A stretch of 64,000 nt of DNA. Origin: the human T2T-CHM13v2.0 reference genome, Homo sapiens. Numbering within the stretch: the first letter of the stretch is position 1; each line of letters opens with the position of its first letter. The notes under the pieces are model-generated. The model did not search any database. It was not told where the DNA came from and worked only from the letters and a program-made list of their open reading frames with translations. The DNA lies in NCBI RefSeq assembly GCF_009914755.1, contig NC_060938.1. One strand, 5' to 3'. Positions 14,207-32,555 of this stretch are shown piece after piece. The position numbers and the translations under genes are program-made.

Positions 14207-15070
14207 TTTCTTTCTCTCTCTCTCTTTCAAGATAAGAGAGACCTAAGGATGTTTAAATGGTAAGGAGAAATCACAGCGAGGGAGAGCTCGTGGGTGGTGT
14301 ATATGCTGCGGGCACACACGAATGCCCTGGGTTGTCTGGGGTCACGGGAGGGCAGCACAGTGAGCATCCGTCCCGAGGTTAGGCCAGATGCATGTGTCAT
14401 GGTCATCCCCTTTACAGAGAGGAGACCCAGGCACGTGGAGTTAAGTGTAACCTGCCTAAGGTCATACAAATACCGAGACACTGTAGCGCAGGCCGAGAAC
14501 GCAGGTATCCCAGTCCTGGGCCCTCCTTCCAGTGCCGGGATGAGGAAGAACTGACGGGCAGCTCCGTCAGCACTATGGTAGGTGGGGAATGCCACAGATA
14601 CTTACAAGTGGACACCTGGAATGCAATTCCCACGTGACCAACAAAAGAACTCTCCCACATGACTTTGGAACGTTCTACTGGACATCACAGAGGTAAAATG
14701 TCCATTTATAATTATCTATATCAAGATCCTAACTCCCTTTCTAAAATAAACACAGGCGGTTTTTGCACGATTTTAACACATGCTGAGTTGTCTAGGAACA
14801 CCATTAGCATGCAAAATGGAGGGGATACTGTACTTTGTGTTCTTTTGAGCTTCACCAGGAATGGTTCAGCATTTTGGAAAGTCACGTCAACCCCAGCAGC
14901 ACCTCTCCTGGTATTTGAGTCACCCACACAGTACACCTGTATCTTGTGGGTGTTTGTGTATGTTACATTCTCGGTGAGTCTATGTAAAGGTTCAAGCATC
15001 TGACTGCATCCTTCTGCCTTCTGTATGGTTGTGCCCAAGCAACCACATATTAGAATACATAATGATGTAT

Positions 15071-15547
15071 TGCTGGGGCTCAGAAACCAATACCTCAAGG
15101 TCTCTCTGACCTTCTCCCCACTACCCGTCAACACTCCCAAAGGAGGTTGAAGTTCTCTGAAGTTCTTTTATCTGCCTAAGATCCAGAACCGCCAAAGAGA
15201 ACAATTGTTTTTTCTTCTCCTCTGTAAGACCAAGAATGTAACCACACCTGAAAACCACCTGAACGCCTTTACAGATTAATCTCTGTTCCCGATCCATTCA
15301 TTCCTCCCTCATAATCTTTTATTACCCATCAACAGAATTCCTCTTTGCCCCTCTCCCATACCTGGTTTGCCAAGACGTTCTATAAGCTTCTGAGCCACGA
15401 TGGGGGGTGGGCAATCACTCTGTGGTTCTCCCTGTGCACACATTAGTAGAGTTTATATGCTTTTTCTCCAATTAATCTGAGTTTTGTGAGTTGATTTTTC
15501 AGCAAACCTTCAGAAGGCAAAGGGGAGACTTTGCTTTGACCCCTACA
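15071..15547 (+). mobile_element. ERV1 solo LTR, MER39/MER34-like
   Basis: TG...CA termini (tgctggggctcagaaacc ... gacccctaca) with a perfect 4-bp TSD GTAT on both sides. Confidence 0.8.
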
Positions 15548-15779
15548 GTATTATAACTAACTTTCCCTTTATTTCTTTCTCCTTTAGAGTATGGTTGAGG
15601 CATTATACTGACTCTTAAAAACTTATATTTGCAAATATTTACTAAATAAAAGACAGGGCTACCATTTCAGATAATGTGCCCTAAAAGCAAGGGAAACTGC
15701 AATGCCAAGAAAGACGAAGGAATGAGCAGAATTAGGGTGGCTTCAAGTGATCAGTCTCCCAGAATAAAGGCAATGTGTT

Positions 15780-16436
<657 letters not shown>

Positions 16437-17313
16437 TGATATCAACTGGGTACACAGACAATGTAGTCAACCTCTGGAGCTTAAGAAAACTATTCAGTTT
16501 GGCACCTTTGGGAAATTTCATTTCCCTGATTAATTCAAATTACACTATATCTCAGCATTTTCCAGCATAGTGACAATAGGTAGAAGACCACAGGTTATCT
16601 CTACAGGCCAGGGAAATGATAAATGTTTCAATGTCTGGAGGCAAAGATGTGTTTAGATGAAGTCAAATAAATAGGTGCCAGGCTTGGTCTGTGGAATATC
16701 TTCCTTAATGGACAAGAAGATGAGTAAACAGTATGTAAGAGGATGCTTTAGTATATTTATGGAAAATGCTATATCGTGAGGAAGCATGGACAGGAATAGG
16801 GGCAGAGAAGTGATGATCCCAGAAGACCTCCAATAGGTTAAAAAGGCAGTGCCAGAAATACTTATGGCTCAGACTCTGAGAAGGGCTGGTTATTTAATGG
16901 TGGGGGAAAGGCAGCCTCAATTCCCACAGGCATGACCATCACTGCTAAACAGGGACAAAGGGTTAAAAAAAAAAAGTTATGCCCTTCAATTGACGGGATA
17001 GCTTATTCATCCTCCACCATCTGAAGACACCTGGGGGCTGCGGATTAAGGAGGGGAGTGGTCTCCTGGCCAGTGGAAGGTCCAGAAACAGGACTTTTTAG
17101 GCCTGGCTCTACCATTGATACTTGTAACTCCCAGTCATAGCTCCTCTACAGTTTTTGCATCAAAAAAGTGAATAAGGGTACAGAGTCTCTGCCCGTAGTC
17201 CCAGCTACTCACGTGGGAGGATACCTTGAGCTATGATCACACCACTGCACTCCAGCCTGGGCAACAGAGTGAGACCCTGTCTCTTAAAATAAATAAATAA
17301 ATAGAAAACAATA

Positions 17314-17622
<309 letters not shown>

Positions 17623-17674
17623 CAATAGAACACTTTAGATTCCTTTATTGTGCGTTTCTGTGTTGCTTTTATGA

Positions 17675-17990
<316 letters not shown>

Positions 17991-18162
17991 TGGATATTTT
18001 TTAAAGTTTTAAAACATCCAGTCAAAGCAGCTATAAGAATTAATCGCAAATTGACTCAAATGAGTAGCTGCATCATCTTCCAGATGAAAGTAGAAGAACA
18101 AGGTTCATTTGGGATCCAAAGAAACATCCAGGTATAGAAAATGCCTCCAGGTATACTTGGGG

Positions 18163-18165
<3 letters not shown>

Positions 18166-18201
<36 letters not shown>
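18166..18201. repeat. (AAT)12 microsatellite
   Basis: Read directly. Confidence 0.95.
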
Positions 18202-18204
<3 letters not shown>

Positions 18205-18434
18205 GAAAATGCCTCTAGGAGCCAGCTGCTCTGCATGAGCTAACTTGGCCTAGGGGCAACAGGTCCCAACTAGCTTGAACGAAATGCAAACCTCCAGCAG
18301 GTACTCCCTGCCCTGAGGACACATCAGTTCATCCCAGAGTCATGGCAGTGGAGTTAGGAGAAACGGAGGGATTGTCTCACAGGCTAGAACTAGGGTGAGA
18401 CAAGACATGCACTCAGCTCAGACACAAAATTTAA

Positions 18435-18650
<216 letters not shown>

Positions 18651-19167
18651 TAAATGATATTTTAAAAAATCAAGTTGGTAAGCCATGGCCACAGGCTATA
18701 GTTATATTGGAGCCAGGGCTGAGATTAGGGACAGGCCAATGAGGCAGGGTCCCAGGTGAGGTTCTGTTATGTTTGAAGAGCCCAAAGACCTGTCCTGCTC
18801 CAGTGCCAAAGGCATCTCTGTTGAGGAAGGTCGTATAGCACCAAAGTCCCCTATCTAAGAGCCTTGGAATTCAGAATTCTAAAGATTTTTTAAAAGGTAA
18901 TGTAGAGCACATATCATAAATTACATAATCCTCACAGCAGGGTCTGGGGCAGCACCCACTAATCAAGCACATTCACGTTTCTATGGTGACATCTACGAAT
19001 ATTCATACTGTGCAATGTGAGCCTCTGTTAGACCAAGTCAGATTCTTCTGTCACTTGAGTGAAAGAAAATCTTTTGGTTTTATAGTGCTTCAGATTTCAA
19101 AATTGCAGATAAAGGACTGTGGGCCTTAATAGCATGACGTTAGGTCTCCTAAAGAAAAAAGGCAACA

Positions 19168-19971
<804 letters not shown>

Positions 19972-20581
19972 TAAAACCTTGTACAGGGTCCTGAAATGTA
20001 TTAAGATTTACAAAACAAAGTTCCAGCCTTTGGGAGCTTAAAAATTAGTGGAGACAATATGGTAAGCAAAACAACCATGGAATATTAAAAACTGAAGGGA
20101 TATCATCCGGACACACACTTTAAAGATGAAACCAATGTTCAGGGAAGTTGAGAGCCTTGCGTAAGTTAGCAGACAAGCAGATAACCGCACGCTAACAAGC
20201 AGATAGTGGCGCTGCACGGAGAGATCAGGATCTGTGTTTGCCAACTGTTGTTCACTGTCCTTTGCATAAAAGCACATAATAATTGTGACCTGGTGACAAA
20301 ATGACAAGAGGAGTTAAAAGATCCTAACAGAAGTGGTTTTGGTTAAACAAACTTGCAGCAGAGATGGTCTCTGGCTTCTAAAAGGACTACAGTTTGGGTA
20401 GGCAGCAAGGCAGGTGAGTGCCCTTCAGGCAGTGGAACAACTGAAGCAGGGGTGGGCGTGTGTATGCCAGATTAGTTGTGCAAGTGGATTAGGCTCTAGG
20501 AAAGGGCATAGAAGGATTTCCTGGGGGCGCTGGGGAGATACGTTTGGAAAAGCGTGTAAAGGCTATGGAGAGCTTGAATGA

Positions 20582-21430
<849 letters not shown>

Positions 21431-21721
21431 TCAGTTTGTTTGTAAAATAGAGAAAATATAAGTACGTTCCTCATGAGGATTAAGTGAGAAAGCATGTTTA
21501 CTGTACTACAAACAGCAACCTGGCATTATAAGCTACCAATAAATGTCAGTTGTTGTCACTAACCTTTTCATTTAAGTCAGTTTTTTTTTCAGTTATATAT
21601 GTACTGTAGCCTTGTTCTAAGCAATAATATCCACAAAATCATGGGCTTATTGTGACAATGATGGTTTTGATGATACACATATAACAAGATGTTAAATCAA
21701 AAAAATAAATAAAAAACAATA

Positions 21722-22034
21722 GGCCATGTGCGGTGGCTCACACCTGTAATCCCAGCACTTTGGGAGGCCGAGGTGGGTGGATCACGAGGTCAGGAGTTCA
21801 AGACCAGCCTGGCCAACTTGGTGAAACCCTGTCTCTACTAAAAATACAAAAATTATCTGGGCGTGGTGGCGGGTGCCCATAATCCCAGCTACTCGGGAGT
21901 CTGAGGCAGGAGAATCTCTTGAACTTGAGAGGCAGAGGTTGCAGGTGAGCTGAGATCTCACCATTGCACTCCAATCAGGGCAACAAGAGCGACACTCCGT
22001 CTCAAACAAAACAAAACAAAAACAAAAACAAAAA
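21722..22034 (+). mobile_element. AluS (copy 2 of the local duplication)
   Basis: Shares private variants with 17314-17622. Confidence 0.9.
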
Positions 22035-22803
22035 CACAATAGAACACTTTAGATTCCTTTATTGTGCATTGCTGTGTTGCTTTTATGATTTCCCAAGTGC
22101 GTTTGGATATTTTTTAAAGTTTTAAAACATCCAGTCAAAGCAGCTATAGGAATTAATCAGCAAATTGACTCAAATGAGTAGCTGCATCACTTTCCAGATG
22201 AACACCAAGGTGCACCAAGATGCAACAGGTATAATGCTCGTAAGTGTGACACCAAAGAAGGATGCGCATTTTCAAAAGAGGTGCGCAAGGGCCCCTCTCT
22301 CAAGCTGAGGGTATAGAGGGTCAGAATGGGCAGAGACTGGGGAAAAATCTTTGTGGAGGAATTTTGGGGTTGCTGTTAGTGTGCTGTGATATCTCACCCT
22401 GTCCCCATAGAAAACTGGCCCTCCTGTCAAGCTGGTGAGAGGGGAATTCACCAGGACCACTCAGGAAACTTGATGTCTGTCCCCTGCAACTGGGAGGACA
22501 TGGTGGACTGGCATCTGATCACCTCTTGAGACATCCAAAGGGTGGGACACACGTTGGCCATCTGCTGTTGGAGGAGCCAAGGGAGACTGCTGAGCTGGGG
22601 TCAGCCTGCCTTCCCAGGTTCACTGCGCCCAGGGATGTGTGATTGTTTCCTTGAACTAATGTGGGCCACATGCACTAATGTGGGCTGGCATGAGGTCAGA
22701 GCAGGTCTTCTCTGAGATGGTCTCTTGGGCAGACTGAAGGACCTTAGCTGAAAGAGGCTAGAGGTGAACCACTGGATTTCAGGGGCTGAGGAAGGAGCAA
22801 TGA

Positions 22804-23115
<312 letters not shown>

Positions 23116-23820
23116 TGATAATTTGTTCTTTTCAAGACAATAGAAGTGAGACATCCCAGCAATTGGGAGGGTAAGGAGAGTTCTCTGAGAATCCGATAAA
23201 AATATGGACCAGGAAGCTGGAAGCCAGCAGAGTGTACCCAGTGAGCACTTTCCTGCCCCTCCCAGTCCAGTGACAAAGGAGTGGATGTATTTTTATTTTA
23301 TTTTATTTTTTAGTTTTTTCCATGGGACTCTGCTTCATAAAGCGGGTGTATTTTGTACCTAGTTGAGACTATGCTTGTAAGACTTAAAGTGATCACAGAA
23401 CCGTCTCCTATGAATAACCAGAAAAGTTACAGGGCCTAAGTTTTCACCCTAGACCAGGGAAAGAACTAATCCCACTGGATAAACATAAAGAGACAGTGGG
23501 AGGCAAAATTAAGTTGCTTGATGAGTACATTCCAATGAGTCATGTTTCTTTACACTCATTAGAAACATAGCTATTAAAATGAAATGTTTGTCCTTGTACC
23601 AAATGAAATCATCTCTCATCCCCCCAGTAGCATGGTACCCCCCATAAAAATAATGGGGATAGGGGAATAAGAGGTGAGGAAAATGTAAGACAGGTAGGGA
23701 TGGAAAATATTGGTTTGGTGGGTTCAGTGGGAACTCATTTGCTCCTCAACCTTGAATATGATGAAATGAAAATAGAAGGAATGAAAGAATCCAAGGGTCC
23801 TTAGAAAATGGCTTTGTTTG

Positions 23821-25266
<1,446 letters not shown>

Positions 25267-25717
25267 GAGCAATGACTGGTCCTAGTCCCCCTTCTTGAGA
25301 AGGGACTTCCTCCAGCTCTGACTTTGTTCCTTAGCTTCCAGTTTGACTTCTTTCTCCTTCAACACCATCTCTTCCCTCCCAACTCTGACTTCTGACAGTT
25401 CCAGACCAGCTGAGTTATTTCCTGAAAAAGGCTGGAACCTCAGCCTTTCTCAGGAAAGGCTGGATCATCTAGCATTATTACCTGAAGAGAGGTTAGAGAA
25501 TATCTTGTCCAAATGATAAGAAAACTAAAAGCCAAAAAACTTGCATCACACGCCCAGAGTCACTGAGCTGTGAGGAGAACCCAAGTCTCCTGACCCCTTG
25601 CACACTGTTCCATCATACAGCCTCACGCTAGCTCTCCAAGAGGGGTCAGCTCACCTTCCTTGGACCACCACCTTAACCCTCATTCCTCTTCCATGAATAC
25701 TTCAAAATGGTGGAAGA

Positions 25718-27155
<1,438 letters not shown>

Positions 27156-30100
27156 GAATCAGATAGATCTCAATTCAAATCCCAGTTTAGACACTTACTA
27201 GCTGTATGATATGGGTGATCACTTTATCTTGCAGAGCCTCAGTGTTTCCAGCTGTGAGATGGGGATAATTAATAGTAGCTATCTCATTGATATGAGAAAA
27301 GAACATATGTAAATGCTTAGCCTAATAAATGGTGATTGTCATTATTATTGCCATGATCACTGAAGCCAGCTGAAGCTCTATTTGTGGAATTAAGTCTCAG
27401 AGGGCTGAAATGGGCTGTCCAAGGTCACACAAGTGAGTGAGTCAGGGAGGGATCCCAGATTTCCTGATTCCTGAAGCCTTTGCCAACCATCAGCTCACAC
27501 ACAGACGAATCATTGCCCAATGACCTAGAAATCGGGGTATCTGATCACATCCAAGTACCACAGCTGGTGATTTAATAAGCACTCACCATGTGTTAGAAAC
27601 TGTGCAGGCTATATGAAAGCTTTATAGCATCTATAGGTCAGTATAAGAAGGTCATCTCATTGCTTATGCCAAACTAAAAGAAAAAGAAAAAGAAAACAAG
27701 ACAAAAATCTGGAACCGCTGCTTGTGTTGCCCAGTGGTAATGATATTTCTTGTCCATGTGTGTTTTAAGAAAGTAGATGAAAGTAAGACCAATGCTCTGG
27801 CTGCCTTATTCCTGGCTTTGAACAGGCCTTTTTGATTGGGAACAAGGGGAAGAGAGATACTAAGGACTTAGGGACTAAAATGGGGTTTGGCCAAGGACAG
27901 CAATGAAAAAGGAGATGGGGGTTGTCAGTGGGCTAAAAACAAGTCCCTGTCGGTGCTCTGAAGAATGGCAGTTATTGTCAGCAAGGTGGGCTTCTCGCTG
28001 CACCAGGGCCTGTCCCTCCACTGACTGTGCAAGCAATGAAACCATGGAGCCCCAGGAAGCACATTTTATCTTGAAGCATGAATCACCCCTCAGAAGTCTA
28101 GAAAAGAATCCTCTCTTTGTGGCCCTTCAATCTCCTTGGCTGGCATCCCTAGCTCCTCAGGGCTGATGTCAAGGCCTTACTAAAACTCAGGGTGAGTGAC
28201 CTTTCCAATGGAAACGGATCATTCCAGAAGCTCATGTGACAGGGGTGCCTCTTAATAACTGAAAGGAAACAATGAATGAATGGGCCAGCTAGATGGCATT
28301 CGTCATTCAAGTCTAACTGCAAAAGCAGTCAGAAGTGGATAATCCAGTATGTTCTGAATGAGGGGCTTTTGGAAAGCAAAGGAATGGCAGAAAGTGATCT
28401 CTCCCCTCATCTTTTCATATTTATTAGCTCTCCCTACATTAATTGACAGCTGAAGTCTTATTTAAAAAAACAAAAAAACAAAAAAAACTGTCATGCTTCT
28501 AGAAGATGGAGCAGCCGGAAGGAGCAATCTGAGGACCCGAGACCTGTCCGTGTAGATGGTTTGCCCTCATTTCAAAGATGCTGTCTCTTCTATAATACCA
28601 GCCACACTGGGAGCCGAGAATCCCGAAAAAAATATTAAACTCCCTACTGGGAAGCCAGCAGAGTAAAGGATGGTGAAAAGCTGGATGTTCAAAAACGTGA
28701 ATTGTCAATGACTTTGGTTGTTCCTCAAATTGCCAGACTGGATTGTGATCCAAAGGTAAGTGGAAGCACCAAAATCAGAGGAGGGTGGAAAGTCGCCTTT
28801 CAGAACCATCCTTTGAAGGAGCAGGGGGCCAGCATCACTCTGTGACCTCCGCTCCACTACATTTATACATAGGGGAACTGATGTTAAAATGAGCATGAAG
28901 TATAGCCTCACAGGGGAGGAGAGCCGAAGGCCACACTGGGTATAAATGCAGCCTGATGAATGGGAAAACAGGGAAAGGAGCAAACCCTCTTTTCCATCTT
29001 GGAAATGTGATGGTTGACTTAGCCTCAGTTCTATCTGTGGATGTGTGTGTCGGGGTGAAAACCACTGCCTTTTCCTTGAATCACAGCAGCATGGGGCATC
29101 CCACAGCTCAAAGTCTGAGGCAAATATACGTCTTGAACCAAACACCCTGGTACTGATGTAAATTCTGGTACGTAAATTCTGAGTGCATCTTTATCTTATA
29201 GCAGAAAAGTATAACCTATGGATCTACTCGGGTACTTGATTTTAAATGCTCTTAAATCCCAGGAAAGGAAAATTTCCCCAACACATGCATTCTCACACAC
29301 CACAGCCAGTGTGACAACTCTCAGTGGGACTCAGTTTCCCTAAGGGGAACCAAACCAAAAGTGCCCCCCTCCTACCCCTTCCCTAGAAATCAGCTTACAC
29401 TTTACTTTTCAAATACAAAGCCTGATTTCTGAGAAGTGATGTAGAGTAAGAAGAAGATCTGGCCAATAGAGGCTGAAATTCCTCAGCTCAGAACATGAGA
29501 ATCCTGTCTGATATTCCCTCCTTAGCCAGGTGTTGCCACAAAGGGAGCTAAGGCTTTGCCAGGTCAGAAATTATCCTTGCCTTAAAAGGAATGTTCCTGC
29601 AATTCAAAAATACACCCAGACCACCTTGTCTGTATATGGGAGGTAGGGAGATGGGGGAGGAGAAAAGTAAAAGCATACAAACTTGAAAACAGCCAGGCTC
29701 TGGGAGGGTTAGCTATCCCTTCCCTCCCCTCAAGGACAGCCAGATCTGATACAGTTGCCGATAAGACCAAGCTGCCTCACTCTACTGCCCTTACCCAGGT
29801 CTTTCCTTATGACATCAGAGTCCCCAACATCATCGGAGACCCTCCTCAGAAACTGGAAGGTGACAGTCACTAACATTCTAGCTGGAAACTGTACACCAGG
29901 AAAAAGCCCACCAGGAAGGAGCTCCAAGCCATCCTGGGAGGTAAGCAGAAAAAAAAGCTTGCTGCCTAAGTGCTGCAGCGAGAGCTTTTCTGATAAAAAC
30001 TACACTTTTAAAACCAACACTGAGCTTTGCCTATCACAAAAGCTGTAATTTGGTCCCTTCCTGTAAAATGACACCTTTCCCTTTAGAAACAATATGTAAA

Positions 30101-32202
30101 TCTGATACAACCGAAATAAACACAGTATAAGGCTCACTAACTCATTTAATATCTTTCATTCAAGGACTTGAGGGTCTTAAATCACTTTATAAATGTAAAA
30201 ATTCATGCCTCATCACTTCAAAACAGGAAGTTAGGAGAGTATCAATTTCCCATCTTAAGGTCAGTACATTTGAGGAACATGCCACGGAAAAGCCCATCCT
30301 CTAACCACTGGAGGCTCGGAGGTCAGGCCTCCATATCATTATCCTCAGCTCCGAATAAATAGCTTGGGACAAACCAATAAAGCCGCTCCAGTGGGGAATT
30401 GAGTGAAATCAATCCTGCCTGCCTGTTAGAATGGGAAGGTCCATAGAAGTGGGCCTAGCTGTGCTTCTCTGGTGCAGTACCTGCATCTGACTTTAGCCAC
30501 AAATTGCAGGGCCACAAATCTATAGCTCAGGGGACTCAGTTTTCTCCTGCTACTCCTTATTGGTCCTGGAACCTCCGTTGCTCCTGTACCTATAAGTGGC
30601 CAAAATCAACACTAAAAAAGCCTGTTGTCCCCACCCAACGCCTGCCATGCTGTGTCCCCAGTTGCCTGTATCTGTCTCCAAACACAAAGCCCCTGATGGG
30701 GGCTAAGTGTCATCTCAGCACACCCCTGAGCAAAGTGTCTCTAGAGCAAAGTGTCCTGACAGGCCCACCCTGGCCCAACCTACTTGTATCCTTGTATCAT
30801 TAGGTCATTCACACAGGCAGGCGGGAGAGTCCTCCACCAGTCTAGGGCCCTCCAGTGCCTTCTGTCTCACAGGGAAGCAGATGTATCTGTCTTCCAAACA
30901 GGGAAAAAAATCTGAGCTCCCAAAGGGCTATCCTGCCACAGGATAGGAGCTGGTGGTCACATGTAAGCCAGCTCAGAACTGAAGGCACCTTGTTCCTGGA
31001 GACATAAGGCCAAGCACTGGGGACCTGGAACCTGGCCCATTTGTTTTCTAGAGAGAAAGACACTGTACCACCCCCAAGGCAGGTTGCTTGGCCCTCCCTT
31101 GATCCCTCTTCCTGGTACAGCAGAGAGAAACCCAGGCCTCTCAATTACCCAAGGCTGATAGCCACAGCAATAGCTCACTTATTACTAGGGTGCTGAGAAC
31201 ACATGAGAATTGGTGAGCAGAGCCCCCAAGGTTACACCAGCAGAAAGCTGCCTGGGGTCCTGCTCTTTCCCTCCAGGGAGAGCCTTGAGCAGTGCCCGAA
31301 CACTCTGCCCTCCTATCTCCAAGCTCTGTACCTAAGGCAGCCAAACACCCCCAGGGAAACCCTGGGGAAAGAAAAGAGACAGTCCCCGGGAAGGAAGGGA
31401 AAGGGGTCCGTTTCTGACTGAGCATAGAAAGAGGGAAAGGAAGATACCTGGGAAAGAGGCCAATGTCTCCCTGCCCTTGCCAGGAACCGGGCTGTAACAC
31501 TCCCCATCCCAGCCAGGCATCTCTCACGGAGGACCAGAGATCAGGGAGGGCAGGTGAAGAGCTGGCAGCCAGGGGGCTGGGCTGGGCCCCAGGACACGGA
31601 CCTGGGGAGTGGAGGGCGCCTAGGTGTGGGGTCCATCACCCAGTTTTTCCATGCACCCTGGGGAGAAGGCGGCGGGGTCATTTTGGCAGCGTTCCCTTCC
31701 CTTCTGGAAAGTCCTCAGCCTCTAATTCAGGAGGGTCCTTGGTTTCCACTCCCAAGCCCTGGCTCCCCAGCTTCCACCCAGACTGTCACCCCCCTCCACC
31801 CTGCTGAGGTGGCCTCCTGGGTGCTCTCCGCCCGGAAGAAGAGGAGGTGTCAACCTACCGCTGCCCCTCGCTTCCCCCTGACACCCCTTTGTTTCAGGCA
31901 GGGAAAGTTGCCAACGCGCACCCCCTTCCCCAACACGCCCCCCTGTGCGCCCATCCCCCGCAGGGAATCCAAGCCCCGGGCGCACCACCTATCTAATCTG
32001 CGGCTGGATCTCGAACCGGGGCAGCAGCCTCGAAACCGAAAGCAAAGAGGAAGCGGGATCTGCTACAGCCCCAAGTCCGGTCGCCCAGTCTTCCCCTCAC
32101 CGTCCCCATCGCCCGCGCCCTCCGCGGTCGGAGCTGCCGGCCCCTCGCGGCCACCTCTCTGGGCGGCGGAAAGGCCTCTCTGCGGGCATAGGGGGCACCT
32201 AC

Positions 32203-32420
32203 CGGTGCGGGGCCGGGGCCGTGGGTAGGGGCTGGGCAGAGCCGGCCGCCTGCCAGGCGCAGGTGCGGCTAGGAGCGCCGTCTCCAGGGCTGGCTCCCGC
32301 TCCTCCTCCCGCGCCGGGACTCGGGGCGCTCTCCTGCACCGCCTGCTCCCCGCCCCCAAGCCCGGCGCTCTGGCTCCCCCCGCGCCGAGTTGCGGGCCGT
32401 GCCTCCCCCACGCCGCCTGG
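32203..32420 (-). other. TMEM229B: TMEM229B alternative non-coding first exon (TSS approximate)
   Basis: Minus-strand donor CCG|GTAGGT (plus acctac|cgg, boundary 32202/32203) within the island. Confidence 0.6.
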
Positions 32421-32523
32421 CACTCCCGCGCCGCGCCTAGTCCCGCATTGTGTGTCGGCGTCCGCCGCGGCGGCGCGGGGTCCGGGGGGCTGCAGCCGCC
32501 GCTGCCCGGGAGGAAAGGAGCCC

Positions 32524-32525
<2 letters not shown>

Positions 32526-32555
<30 letters not shown>
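32526..32555. repeat. Pure (GGC)10/(GCC)10 trinucleotide repeat
   Basis: Read directly: 10 uninterrupted units. Confidence 0.97.

Noticed and set aside
14567-14584. REST/RE1-like tcagcactatggtagg
   Set aside because: The right half-site GGACAG is not matched.
20515-20532. CTCF-like ttcctgggggcgctg
   Set aside because: The 5' half of the core (CCAC.AG) is mismatched.
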